Origin: Sodaliphilus sp.
GTDB taxonomy: Bacteria; Bacillota_I; Bacilli_A; RFN20; CAG-826
Reading direction: 5' to 3'
Assembly (NCBI GenBank): GCA_963643355.1
Contig: CAVIJE010000005.1
Coordinates: forward strand, 1,842-65,841
DNA length: 64,000 bases
The notes under the pieces: model-generated
What the model was told of the DNA's origin: nothing
Databases searched by the model: none
What the model saw: the letters and a program-made list of their open reading frames with translations, nothing else
Made by a program: the position numbers and the translations under genes
Shown here: piece by piece, positions 8,381 through 17,334 of the stretch
How positions within the stretch are numbered: the first letter of the stretch is position 1
Layout of the letters: each line of letters opens with the position of its first letter

Positions 8381-10378
8381 ATGGGTATTTCGAAGTCTAA
8401 AGCATTTAATGAAGCACTCTCTTTGATGGGCATAAATGAGCCTATTGACGTTTTAAATCATCTTCCTAGGAAGTATGATGATTTTACCTATTCTTTTCCT
8501 AAGGCAATATATGAAGAAGGGGAGCGTGTAGTTCTTTTAGGAAAAATAAGCGGAAATATGCCACGTTGTTTTCGTTTTGGCAAAAGAAGCGTTTTCCGTT
8601 TTACTTTTGAAACGAAAGATGAATATGTTTTTGAGGTTGAAGCGTGGAATCAATCCTATCTTTCACATTTTCTCAATCTTGAAGATGAATTCACTCTTGT
8701 TGGCAAATTCGATAAGAAACATTGCAAGATTTCCTTGATGAAAATGCTTAAGGGAAAAATCGAAAGCAACGCGGCAATTAAACCGATATATTCCTTGCCA
8801 AGCAATATCGCCAATCACATCTTTCAAGCCTTAGTCAAAAGGATTCTTCTTTCCTCTAAGGATGAATTAGTAGATGAAATTCCTTCATCTTTAATAGAAA
8901 AATACCGTCTCACAGATAGATGGAACGCCTACAAAGACGTTCATTTTCCTAATGACCGTAGTCAACTTCATCAAGGCATGCGTTACCTTAAATACGAAGA
9001 AGCCTTGCGTTTCTCTTTAAGAAATCAATTGGTTCGTGGAGAAAATAGATCGTTACAAAAAGATTTAAGAAGAAAAATATCTATCGAAAAGATGGAAAGA
9101 TTTATTTCCACCTTGCCTTATAAACCTACGTCTGACCAGCTTAAAGCGTTCAAAGAATGCCTTAATGATATGAATTCACCAGGTGTTATGTATCGTTTAT
9201 TACAAGGTGATGTTGGAACGGGTAAAACCTTGGTTGCTGCTTTGTGCGCATACGCAAATCATCTCAGAAGCGAACAAACAGCCTTAATGGCTCCAACTGA
9301 TTCTTTAGCTAGACAACATTATCAAAATCTAAAAGAAATCTTCTTAGGGAGCAATGTGAATATCGCTTTGCTTGTCGGTTCCTTGTCGCCTTCAGAAAAA
9401 AGAGCCATCTCCGAAGATATCAAAGACGGCACGATTGATATTGTCGTTGGAACGCATGCCTTATTTTCTTCTTCCCTTGAATATGCTTATCTAGGATTAG
9501 TAATCATAGATGAACAACATAAATTCGGCGTTAATCAAAGAAGCCTTTTAGTCGGAAAGGGCGAGCACGCTGATTTATTGATGATGAGTGCAACACCAAT
9601 CCCCCGCACCTTAACTTTAACGGTATATGGCGATTTAGACGTATCGACTTTAAGCGAATTTCCTTCAAAAAAGAGAGATGTGAAAACTTCCATTCTCGAG
9701 CCCAATGACCCTAAAATTCAAAAGATAGTCAAAGAAGCAATCGATAGCAACCATCGCGTTTTTGTTGTCGTCCCCCAAATTGAAGGAGGAGCAAAAGAAA
9801 ATACAAGCGTAATCGAAGTGGCGGAAAACTATAAGAAAATGTATCCAAATAAAGTCACTATGATGCACGGAAAAATGGATGAAGAAAGCAAAGAAGTTGC
9901 TGAACTCGCCTTCCGTAGCGGACTTTGCCCAATATTGGTTGCAACCTCTCTTATCGAAGTAGGAATTGACGTTAAAGAAGCCAATACGATGGTTGTTTAT
10001 TCTCCAACGCATTTCTCTCTTTCCTCTCTTCATCAATTGAGGGGAAGAGTCGGAAGAGACGGTTCTTTCTCGCAGTTTATCATGGCTTATAAAAAAGGCG
10101 ACGAAAGCGATAGCGAAGAAAAACTAGATATTCTTCTAAAAACAAATGACGGATTTAAATTGGCCGAAGAAGATCTTCGCCTTAGAGGTCCAGGAGAAAT
10201 AATTGGTGTCAAGCAATCGGGTCTTCCATCCTTTTCAACTTTGAATATTATTGATGACTTCAAAATTTTAGAATGCGCTAGAGATGACGCCACGAAAATT
10301 TTGAACGATCGAAAAAATCCCGAGAATAATGAACTGATAAAAAGCGTAATGAAAGAAAAGAGGACTTCTTTGTCCTAG
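8381..10378 (+). CDS. recG: ATP-dependent DNA helicase RecG
   Basis: Walker A GDVGTGKT, DEQHKFG box, and QLRGRVGR motif VI. An in-frame TAA at 8369-8371 fixes the start codon. Confidence 0.95.
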   Translation: MGISKSKAFNEALSLMGINEPIDVLNHLPRKYDDFTYSFPKAIYEEGERVVLLGKISGNMPRCFRFGKRSVFRFTFETKDEYVFEVEAWNQSYLSHFLNLEDEFTLVGKFDKKHCKISLMKMLKGKIESNAAIKPIYSLPSNIANHIFQALVKRILLSSKDELVDEIPSSLIEKYRLTDRWNAYKDVHFPNDRSQLHQGMRYLKYEEALRFSLRNQLVRGENRSLQKDLRRKISIEKMERFISTLPYKPTSDQLKAFKECLNDMNSPGVMYRLLQGDVGTGKTLVAALCAYANHLRSEQTALMAPTDSLARQHYQNLKEIFLGSNVNIALLVGSLSPSEKRAISEDIKDGTIDIVVGTHALFSSSLEYAYLGLVIIDEQHKFGVNQRSLLVGKGEHADLLMMSATPIPRTLTLTVYGDLDVSTLSEFPSKKRDVKTSILEPNDPKIQKIVKEAIDSNHRVFVVVPQIEGGAKENTSVIEVAENYKKMYPNKVTMMHGKMDEESKEVAELAFRSGLCPILVATSLIEVGIDVKEANTMVVYSPTHFSLSSLHQLRGRVGRDGSFSQFIMAYKKGDESDSEEKLDILLKTNDGFKLAEEDLRLRGPGEIIGVKQSGLPSFSTLNIIDDFKILECARDDATKILNDRKNPENNELIKSVMKEKRTSLS

Positions 10379-10390
10379 TAAAAAATGCTC

Positions 10391-10409
10391 TCTCTAGTTA
10401 TACTAGAGA
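10391..10409. promoter_or_regulatory. Perfect palindrome TCTCTAGT-TAT-ACTAGAGA between recG and plsX
   Basis: 8-bp arms with a 3-nt spacer and no T-run afterwards. It lies 26 nt upstream of the plsX ATG. Confidence 0.35.
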
Positions 10410-10434
10410 AGATATATGTCCAGGAGATAAGTAT

Positions 10435-11424
10435 ATGAGAAAAATAGTTGTTGATATGATGGGAAGCGACCTTGGAAGCAAAATCACGGTCGAAGCAGTT
10501 AAGAAATTCCACGAAAGACATCCTGATTATGAAATTGTCTGCGTTGGAAAAATTGAAGAATTAAACGATCTTTCCTTTGCAAAAGTCGTTGATGCAAGAG
10601 ACATCGTTCCAATGAACGCCGGAGCTTTGGAGGTTCTTAGAAGAAAAGAATCTTCGATGGTTGTTGCCTTAAACATTGCCGCAAAAGAAAAAGCTGACGG
10701 AGTTATCTCAGCTGGCGCAACAGGCGGATTCCTTTCAGCCGCAACATTGATCTTAAAGAAAATTCCTGGCGTTCTTCGCCCGGCTTTAATTACTTCTTTC
10801 CCTAATTTAGGAAAGAACGCCGAAACCTTTGTCACGATCCTTGATGTCGGTGCTTCAACTGAAAACACCCCTGAGGAAATGGCACAATTTGGCTATATGG
10901 GTAAAGTCTTTTCCGAATCCTTCTATAAAATAAAAGACCCAGTAATTAAAACTTTAGCTAATGGTACAGAAGAAGGAAAGGGCTCGAGCGTTGGTAAAGA
11001 AGCATACAAACTTCTTAAAGAAGACAAACGCCTTAATTTTCAAGGAAACATTGAAGCGAGCCAAGTTCTTGCTGGTGGGGCAGATGTTGTCGTAACCGAT
11101 GGATATACAGGTAACGTTCTCCTAAAAACGACAGAAGGAACGGCAAAACAAATCGGCAAACTCCTTAAAAAAGGTTTCACGAAGAATTTCAAAACAAAGC
11201 TTGGCTATCTTTTTGCAAAAGAAGTCGTTACCGATTTCAAGAAAATCATGGATCCAAAGAACGTTGGTGGGGCCATGCTTATTGGAATTAATGGAGTAGC
11301 AGTAAAAGCTCATGGTAACTCCGACGCGGAATCCTTCCTTTCGGCAATGGAAGTTGAATATAGAATGATTGAGGCGAACATCACTGAGCAAATAACGCTC
11401 GCCTTCAAGAAAGAAGAAAAATAA
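10435..11424 (+). CDS. plsX: Phosphate acyltransferase PlsX
   Basis: PlsX-like along its full length (VDMMGSDLG.., GATGGFL, VTDGYTGNVLLKT, AHGNSD). SD AGGAG. Confidence 0.93.
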   Translation: MRKIVVDMMGSDLGSKITVEAVKKFHERHPDYEIVCVGKIEELNDLSFAKVVDARDIVPMNAGALEVLRRKESSMVVALNIAAKEKADGVISAGATGGFLSAATLILKKIPGVLRPALITSFPNLGKNAETFVTILDVGASTENTPEEMAQFGYMGKVFSESFYKIKDPVIKTLANGTEEGKGSSVGKEAYKLLKEDKRLNFQGNIEASQVLAGGADVVVTDGYTGNVLLKTTEGTAKQIGKLLKKGFTKNFKTKLGYLFAKEVVTDFKKIMDPKNVGGAMLIGINGVAVKAHGNSDAESFLSAMEVEYRMIEANITEQITLAFKKEEK

Positions 11425-12122
11425 TGGCACGTCCTATTAAAGAATTATTAGATAAGATGGGAATTGAGCCTAAGGATGAATCGCTTTACGTTCAAGCCTT
11501 GACCCATTCCTCACATAATGGAACGAAGAATTCAGCCAAGCATTTCGATTATGAAAGGCTTGAATTTTTAGGCGATTCAATTATTGGCTTCGTGGTAGGC
11601 CAACTTTGCTACCGTCTTCATCCGGAGATGAGGCAAGGGGACCTTTCTGTTCTTCGCTCTCATTTCATCCGCACCGAATCTGAAGCGGAATTAGCACTAG
11701 AGCTTGGCTTAGGCGATTATGTTCAAGTTGGTCCTTCCTATACGAGTGATCCAAAGAAATCCCTACCTTTGATGGAGGATATCTTTGAATCATTCACTGG
11801 AGCCCTATATCTTGATCAAGGTTTCGAGAAAGTTAATAACTTCCTCATCTCTCTTTACTATGAAAGAATAAAAACTGGCAAAGTGGAAGTCGCCGAGAAT
11901 CCTAAAAGCGTTCTTCAAGAACTTTTGCAAGCTGATTATAAACAAGCAGTCACCTATCGCTTAGTCAAAGAAATAAACGAAAATGACGTTCATTATTTTG
12001 TCATGGGGGCTTTCTTTGATAGTTTTGAACTTGGCGAAGGAAAAGGAAAAACAAAGAAAGAAGCAGAAGCTAATGCAGCAAGGGACGCTTTAGCTAAAAA
12101 AGCTTATGTCGGATTGAAATAA
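11424..12122 (+). CDS. rnc: Ribonuclease III
   Basis: RNase III signature ERLEFLGDS and a C-terminal dsRBD (GKGKTKKEAEANAARDAL). The start overlaps the plsX stop (TAATG). Confidence 0.95.
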   Translation: MARPIKELLDKMGIEPKDESLYVQALTHSSHNGTKNSAKHFDYERLEFLGDSIIGFVVGQLCYRLHPEMRQGDLSVLRSHFIRTESEAELALELGLGDYVQVGPSYTSDPKKSLPLMEDIFESFTGALYLDQGFEKVNNFLISLYYERIKTGKVEVAENPKSVLQELLQADYKQAVTYRLVKEINENDVHYFVMGAFFDSFELGEGKGKTKKEAEANAARDALAKKAYVGLK

Positions 12123-12132
12123 GGGGGTACGT

Positions 12133-13134
12133 ATGGGTTTATTTGCATATTTAAAAAATAAATTTTCCAAGAAAAAAGAAGACGAATCAGAAAAAGAAGC
12201 CACTCGAAAATATCAAAAAGGCTTAGCAAAATCACGTGCGGCCTTTGCTGATAGATTAGAGGAACTCTCTAAACGTTATAGCCAAGTAAACGCCGATTAT
12301 TTCGACGAACTTGAACAAATACTTATTGAAGCAGACGTTGGAGTTGAACTTACTTTAAAGTTGCTCGATGGCCTTTTGACTAAATCAAAAGATGAAAACA
12401 TCGTCGAGCCTAAAAAGATCAATGAAGAATTAGTCGATATGATGTTCGTTGATTATCTTGAAAGCGGAGACTCTATCGTTAATGACCTTCAATTCAAAGA
12501 AGGCGAAACGACAGTTTTGCTTGTTATTGGCGTTAATGGAGTTGGCAAGACGACATCCATTGCTAAATTAGCTAAGCGTTATCTCGATCGTGGAAAGAAG
12601 GTTATGTTAGCGGCTGCCGATACCTTTAGGGCAGGAGCCGTTGATCAACTAAAGATTTGGGCCAAACGTCTTAATTGCCCAATAATCACTGGCGAAACGA
12701 ATTCTGACCCCGCTTCAGTTTGCTTCGATGCAGCTAAATACGCTAAAGAAAATCATATCGATCTTCTCATCGTCGATACGGCAGGACGTTTGCAGAATAA
12801 GAAGAATTTAATGGATGAATTAGCAAAAATGAGACGCGTTCTTTCTAAAGAAATTGAAGGAGCGCCGCATGAAACATTCCTCATTATCGATGCGACGACT
12901 GGCCAAAATGGCGTTACTCAAGCCTCATCCTTCAAAGAAGTATGTGATCTTACTGGTATTGTCATCACAAAAATGGATGGAACATCTAAGGGCGGAATCA
13001 TTCTTTCTATCCGTTCGCAACTTGGCGTTCCAGTGCGTTTTATTGGCTTAGGTGAGCAAATGGACGATCTTGAAGAGTTCGATTTAGATGAATATTTGCA
13101 CGCCCTCTTAGTCGGAGATAAAAAAGATGAGTGA
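12133..13134 (+). CDS. ftsY: Signal recognition particle receptor FtsY
   Basis: SRP-GTPase motifs GVNGVGKTTSIAKLA, DTAGRL and TKMDG. SD AGGGGG. Confidence 0.95.
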   Translation: MGLFAYLKNKFSKKKEDESEKEATRKYQKGLAKSRAAFADRLEELSKRYSQVNADYFDELEQILIEADVGVELTLKLLDGLLTKSKDENIVEPKKINEELVDMMFVDYLESGDSIVNDLQFKEGETTVLLVIGVNGVGKTTSIAKLAKRYLDRGKKVMLAAADTFRAGAVDQLKIWAKRLNCPIITGETNSDPASVCFDAAKYAKENHIDLLIVDTAGRLQNKKNLMDELAKMRRVLSKEIEGAPHETFLIIDATTGQNGVTQASSFKEVCDLTGIVITKMDGTSKGGIILSIRSQLGVPVRFIGLGEQMDDLEEFDLDEYLHALLVGDKKDE

Positions 13135-13435
13135 TGAGATAGTGGAGAAAAGAGAAGAGGCCTTACTTCTTTTTGATGAATATAAAGAACTTTTGACCTC
13201 ATCGCAAAAAGATATTTTCTCTGATTATTATCTTTTCGATCTTTCCTTATCGGAGATAGCCGAAAATCATAGTATCTCTAAAGCGGCCGTTTCCGATAGT
13301 TTGCATAAATCGCTTGCAAAATTAGGCGAATACGAAAATAAACTTCATATTCTTTCTTTCAAAAAAGAAATTAAAAAAGGCATTGAAAAGAACGATATGA
13401 ATTACATCAAGGAGGTAATGGAAAATGGCATTTGA
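13127..13435 (+). CDS. ylxM: YlxM/p13-family putative HTH protein (UPF0122)
   Basis: Conserved position between ftsY and ffh. It is sigma-70 region-4-like (LSLSEIAENHSISKAAVSDSL) and overlaps both neighbours. Confidence 0.85.
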   Translation: MSDEIVEKREEALLLFDEYKELLTSSQKDIFSDYYLFDLSLSEIAENHSISKAAVSDSLHKSLAKLGEYENKLHILSFKKEIKKGIEKNDMNYIKEVMENGI

Positions 13436-14777
13436 ATCATTAACTGATAAATTTAGCAATATTTTTAAGAAGATGCGTCGTCAAAGCGTTTTGACGGAAG
13501 AGAACATGGATTCCGCTTTAAAGGAAATCAGAATCGCTCTTCTTGAAGCGGACGTAAATTACAAGGTCGTTAAAACATTTACTTCCGATATCAAAGAAAA
13601 AGCCGCTGGGCAAGAAATCCTTAAGAAAGTTAATCCATCTCAGCAATTAATCAAGATTTGCCATGATGAATTAGTTGAACTCCTTGGCGCTGAAAATACG
13701 GAAATCAATTATGCAAAAAGTGGATTAACAACGATTATGCTCGTTGGTTTACAAGGTTCGGGTAAAACGACATCCGCTTCAAAACTTGCTTATTTGATGA
13801 AAAATAAGTTAGGAAAGAAAGTTCTTTTGGCTGGCTTAGACGTATATCGTCCAGCCGCTATCGAACAATTAGGAACACTAGCAAAATCTATTCAAGTCGA
13901 TTTCTTTGAACTTGGCACGGAAGTTGATCCAGTCGATGTCGCTAAAAAAGCTAAAGAAACGGCAATTTCTCAAGGATACGACGTTCTTATCCTTGATACA
14001 GCAGGTCGTTTACAAATCGACGATAAACTCATGGATGAGCTTAAAAACATCAATTCAGAAATTCACCCAGAAGAAGTTTTGCTCTTAGTTGATGCAATGG
14101 CTGGCCAAGATGCGGTAAATGTCGCGACTGCGTTTAATAACAAACTTCGCCTATCTGGCGTTATCATGTCGAAACTTGATGGCGATGCTAAAGGCGGTGC
14201 TGCGCTTTCTATCAAATATATCTCTGGCCTTCCAATCAAGTTCGCCGGCGTTGGCGAAAAAGTCACGGATTTAGATCTTTTCCATCCGGATAGAATGGCT
14301 GATCGTATCTTAGGAATGGGTGATGTCGTATCGCTTGTTGAAAAAGCCAAAGAAGTGATGGATGAGAAAGAAGCGGCTAAAGATGCTAAGAAATTAATGC
14401 AAGGCGACTTCACCTTAGAAGATATGCTTAAGCAAATGAAAGCAGTTCAACGCCTTGGCTCGATTTCTTCTATCTTAAAGCATCTTCCTGGCGCTCCGTC
14501 TATTAGCGAAGAACAACAAGAAGCGGCTGAGAAACGCATGAAAGACTTTGAAACCATCATCAATTCCATGACGCCATATGAAAGAAAACATCCGGAAATT
14601 CTTAAATTTTCACAAAAGAACCGCATTGCTAAAGGTAGTGGAAAAACCAATGCCGACATCAATAGGGTCTTAAGACAATTTGAAAAAACAAAAGAACAAA
14701 TGAAGATGCTTCAAAAATATTCCAAAAATGGAAAAATGCCTCCAATGGGTGGAGGCATGGGTGGATTTGGACGTTAA
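13425..14777 (+). CDS. ffh: Signal recognition particle protein Ffh
   Basis: GLQGSGKTTSASKLA, DTAGRL and SKLDGD motifs, plus a Met-rich M domain with a GGMGGFGR tail. Confidence 0.96.
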   Translation: MAFESLTDKFSNIFKKMRRQSVLTEENMDSALKEIRIALLEADVNYKVVKTFTSDIKEKAAGQEILKKVNPSQQLIKICHDELVELLGAENTEINYAKSGLTTIMLVGLQGSGKTTSASKLAYLMKNKLGKKVLLAGLDVYRPAAIEQLGTLAKSIQVDFFELGTEVDPVDVAKKAKETAISQGYDVLILDTAGRLQIDDKLMDELKNINSEIHPEEVLLLVDAMAGQDAVNVATAFNNKLRLSGVIMSKLDGDAKGGAALSIKYISGLPIKFAGVGEKVTDLDLFHPDRMADRILGMGDVVSLVEKAKEVMDEKEAAKDAKKLMQGDFTLEDMLKQMKAVQRLGSISSILKHLPGAPSISEEQQEAAEKRMKDFETIINSMTPYERKHPEILKFSQKNRIAKGSGKTNADINRVLRQFEKTKEQMKMLQKYSKNGKMPPMGGGMGGFGR

Positions 14778-15556
14778 TTGTCTTTCTTCTTGATGAACTT
14801 GTGTCCTTTAAGCAAGGCATCTTCTTCCCATTTAGGAGTAATTCCGCTCTTGGCTTCGGCTAAGAGCTTTTTATCTTGTTTGCTTAATTCTAATTTCTCA
14901 AATAAATCAGGACGATACTTTTCGGTTAATAACAAAGATTCTTTTCGACGATATTTGTTAATTGCTTCATGATTTCCTGAATAAAGAATATCGGGAACCG
15001 TCGCGCCTTTATAGTCATAAGGCTCGGTATATTGAGGATACTCGAGAGCATTATCGTTAAATGACTCATCTTTTAATGATTCATTATTGATCGCTCCATC
15101 AAGTAGACGGATGACAGAATCAGCGACAGACATTGCTGGTAACTCTCCTCCAGTGAGAATGTAATCGCCAATCGAAATCAATTCATCAACGTAGGGATTA
15201 ACTCTTTCGTCGATCCCTTCGTAATGGCCACAAATAAGAATGAGATGATCGAGTTTGGAAAATTCTTGAGCTTTTGCTTCCGTATACGTGTTTCCTCTTG
15301 GAGAAAATAAAACCGTATGAGAAGAAGGTGTTTTCTTATCTTCTAAAGCGTCAATGATTGGCTGACATTTCATGATAAGACCAGCTCCTCCGCCAATTGG
15401 TGGAGTGTCGCATCTTCCATATTTATCTTTCGTATAATCTCTTATTTGAACGCATTCAAGAGTGACAACTCCCTTAGAAATAGCCCTTTTTATGATGGAA
15501 TTGGTCATGAATCCATCAAACATTTCAGGGAATAAGGTCAAAATTGTTATCTTCAT
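14774..15556 (-). CDS. trmD: tRNA (guanine37-N1)-methyltransferase TrmD
   Basis: N-terminus MKITILTLFPEMF and GGGAGLIMK. SPOUT-fold TrmD along its full length. Confidence 0.95.
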   Translation of the reverse strand: MKITILTLFPEMFDGFMTNSIIKRAISKGVVTLECVQIRDYTKDKYGRCDTPPIGGGAGLIMKCQPIIDALEDKKTPSSHTVLFSPRGNTYTEAKAQEFSKLDHLILICGHYEGIDERVNPYVDELISIGDYILTGGELPAMSVADSVIRLLDGAINNESLKDESFNDNALEYPQYTEPYDYKGATVPDILYSGNHEAINKYRRKESLLLTEKYRPDLFEKLELSKQDKKLLAEAKSGITPKWEEDALLKGHKFIKKKDN

Positions 15557-16068
15557 AAGAGCCCAGCAATAACGTTGACGTGGATTTCTTTCTTTTCAAT
15601 GTCAATTGAAGTGATGAATTCATCCATGACAAAGGGTATATAACAGGTTTTGCCATTATTCTCTTTGACCTTAAAGGTTGATTTGCTAGCAAAACTCATC
15701 ACATCGATTACTTCACCAATCAAAGAATTGTCTTCGTTATTGATCATTTTGCAGCCGATTAAATCAAATAAATGGTAGTAACCTTCAGGAAGAGTGGCCT
15801 CAGCTTCGTCTATTTCAATAGAATAGCCAAGAAAAGGCTCGATTAAATTGATGTCTTCAAGTTCTTTGAAAGAAAGAAAATAATAATCTCCGGAATCTCT
15901 AAATGAGGCGACTTCAACTTCCTTTTCGTCACCGCTTTTTGGGTTTTTGAGAATTAATTTTCTTCCAAGCGTAAAACGATCTGAGGCGAATGATGTTTCG
16001 GATTTGCAACGCACCACGCCATTTAAGCCGAATGTTTTTACTATTTTTCCTAAGCAGATTGTTTTCAT
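15553..16068 (-). CDS. rimM: 16S rRNA processing protein RimM
   Basis: RimM-like N-terminus (GKIVKTFGLNGVVR) and a PRC-barrel C-terminal domain. A 4-nt ATGA overlap joins it to trmD. Confidence 0.9.
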   Translation of the reverse strand: MKTICLGKIVKTFGLNGVVRCKSETSFASDRFTLGRKLILKNPKSGDEKEVEVASFRDSGDYYFLSFKELEDINLIEPFLGYSIEIDEAEATLPEGYYHLFDLIGCKMINNEDNSLIGEVIDVMSFASKSTFKVKENNGKTCYIPFVMDEFITSIDIEKKEIHVNVIAGLL

Positions 16069-16090
16069 ATTTTAAAAAAATGACGCTGAA

Positions 16091-16378
16091 TTACTCAGCG
16101 CCATTCTCCTTTTCTTTGTCTTCGCTGAAACTTTCAAATTTCAAGTGGATGCGAACGTTGGAATTGTCTGCTTTTCCGGCGATGCCAATGGCTTCGCGAA
16201 GAGCGTTAGCGACAATGCCTTTTTTGCCAATCAAACGGGCTGTGTCATCATCCTCGGCAACAATTAAGAGGGAAACATCTTTCTCGTCTGATTCTGGCAT
16301 TACGCGAATCATGATGGAGTCACGATGCTCAACAAGTGGATCGATTAGGCCATGAACGACCTTCTCGTAATCGATCAT
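16091..16378 (-). CDS. KH-domain RNA-binding protein (YlqC family)
   Basis: KH motif IGKKGIVANALR. Conserved position between rpsP and rimM. Its start overlaps the rpsP stop (TAATG). Confidence 0.88.
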   Translation of the reverse strand: MIDYEKVVHGLIDPLVEHRDSIMIRVMPESDEKDVSLLIVAEDDDTARLIGKKGIVANALREAIGIAGKADNSNVRIHLKFESFSEDKEKENGAE

Positions 16379-16668
16379 TATTTTTGCTCCTTGTTAGCTT
16401 TTTTTGCCTTTCCTTCGGCATATTTGGTCATGATGCCTTTAGCGGAAAGCATTGCACGGACGCTATCAGATGGGGTAGCACCATTGTTGAGCCACTTTAA
16501 GGCTAATTCTTCATTGATTGTAGCTTCGCTATCGCCTAAAGCTGGATCATATGTACCGATTTGTTCGATATAACGTCCATCTCTTGGGGAACGGGAATCG
16601 GCAACAACAATACGATAGAATGGGTCTTTATGACGACCAATACGGGTTAATCTGATTTTAACTGACAT
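16378..16668 (-). CDS. rpsP: 30S ribosomal protein S16
   Basis: [42 protein letters not shown] is canonical S16. SD AAGGAG. Confidence 0.97.
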   Translation of the reverse strand: MSVKIRLTRIGRHKDPFYRIVVADSRSPRDGRYIEQIGTYDPALGDSEATINEELALKWLNNGATPSDSVRAMLSAKGIMTKYAEGKAKKANKEQK

Positions 16669-16697
16669 AATAATTTCTCCTTTTCAGAACGTCGAAT

Positions 16698-16726
16698 ATC
16701 TTATAGGCGTATTTTATGGGTGTCAA
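16698..16726 (-). promoter_or_regulatory. Promoter of the inverted rpsP-KH-rimM-trmD operon (TTGACA-N17-TAAGAT, read on the minus strand)
   Basis: The reverse complement of 16698-16726 gives TTGACA, a 17-nt spacer, then TAAGAT. The SD AAGGAG and the rpsP ATG follow. Confidence 0.6.
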
Positions 16727-16756
16727 GTAAAAATGCTTAACTCCTTAAAAATTAAC

Positions 16757-16786
16757 TTGTAAAAGGACTTTCCCTTTGTATATAAT
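16757..16786 (+). promoter_or_regulatory. rplS promoter (TTGTAA-N18-TATAAT) with a roughly 95-nt 5' UTR (candidate L19 leader)
   Basis: The hexamers were read directly. The UTR (about 16793-16887) contains the hairpin GCATG-N6-CATGC. An L19 autoregulatory leader is known upstream of rplS in low-GC Gram-positives, but I could not verify its structure by eye. Confidence 0.45.
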
Positions 16787-16887
16787 ATCTCACGCATGTT
16801 TAGGCATGCTACGCAAGCTCCGCCATCCTTAGTCACTTAGATGAGAACTTGAAGAGAACGCAATTCATTCAATTAGGAGAAAAACAC

Positions 16888-17235
16888 ATGAACTTAAATT
16901 TAGTTAATGAAGTTACCGCTTCACAACTTCGTGATGATATCCCTGATTTCTCTGCTGGTGACACCGTCAGAGTTTCCGTCCGTATCATCGAAAACAAAAA
17001 AGAACGTATTCAAAATTACGAAGGCGTTGTCATCCAACGTCGTGGCCATGGCGTCAGCGAGACATTCATCGTTAGAAAAATGTCCAGTGGCATTGGCGTC
17101 GAAAGAATTTTCCCAGTCCAATCCCCATCAATCGCTAAGATTGAAGTCGTAAAACACGGCCGTGTCAGAAGAGCAAGAATCCACTATATGCGTGGTCTTT
17201 CTGGCAAAGCTGCCCGTATTAAAGAAGTTAAATAA
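16888..17235 (+). CDS. rplS: 50S ribosomal protein L19
   Basis: Canonical L19 ([24 protein letters not shown]..). I prefer the ATG at 16888 (SD AGGAGA) over the ORF-track start at 16849. Confidence 0.96.
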   Translation: MNLNLVNEVTASQLRDDIPDFSAGDTVRVSVRIIENKKERIQNYEGVVIQRRGHGVSETFIVRKMSSGIGVERIFPVQSPSIAKIEVVKHGRVRRARIHYMRGLSGKAARIKEVK

Positions 17236-17262
17236 TTTCTTACATTTATTACAAAGTGACAT

Positions 17263-17289
17263 ATGGCTCCTTCGGGAGCCATTTTTTTG
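17263..17289 (+). terminator. Intrinsic terminator after rplS
   Basis: ATGGCTCC-TTCG-GGAGCCAT hairpin followed by TTTTTT. Confidence 0.9.
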
Positions 17290-17318
17290 TACAATCAAAA
17301 GATTATTCATATATTTTT

Positions 17319-17327
17319 TGATATAAT
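17319..17327 (+). promoter_or_regulatory. Extended -10 (TGATATAAT) 7 nt upstream of the lepB ATG; leaderless-type geometry
   Basis: TG-A-TATAAT at 17319-17327, spacer CAAAAAC, ATG at 17335. No SD. Confidence 0.5.
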
Positions 17328-17334
17328 CAAAAAC

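Noticed and set aside
14774-16887. Inverted repeats flanking the inverted rpsP-trmD block that could mediate site-specific inversion.
   Set aside because: Comparing 14760-14790 with 16669-16700 by eye, only a 6-nt GACGTT match was found. That is too short to be meaningful, so there is no evidence for an invertase-type switch.
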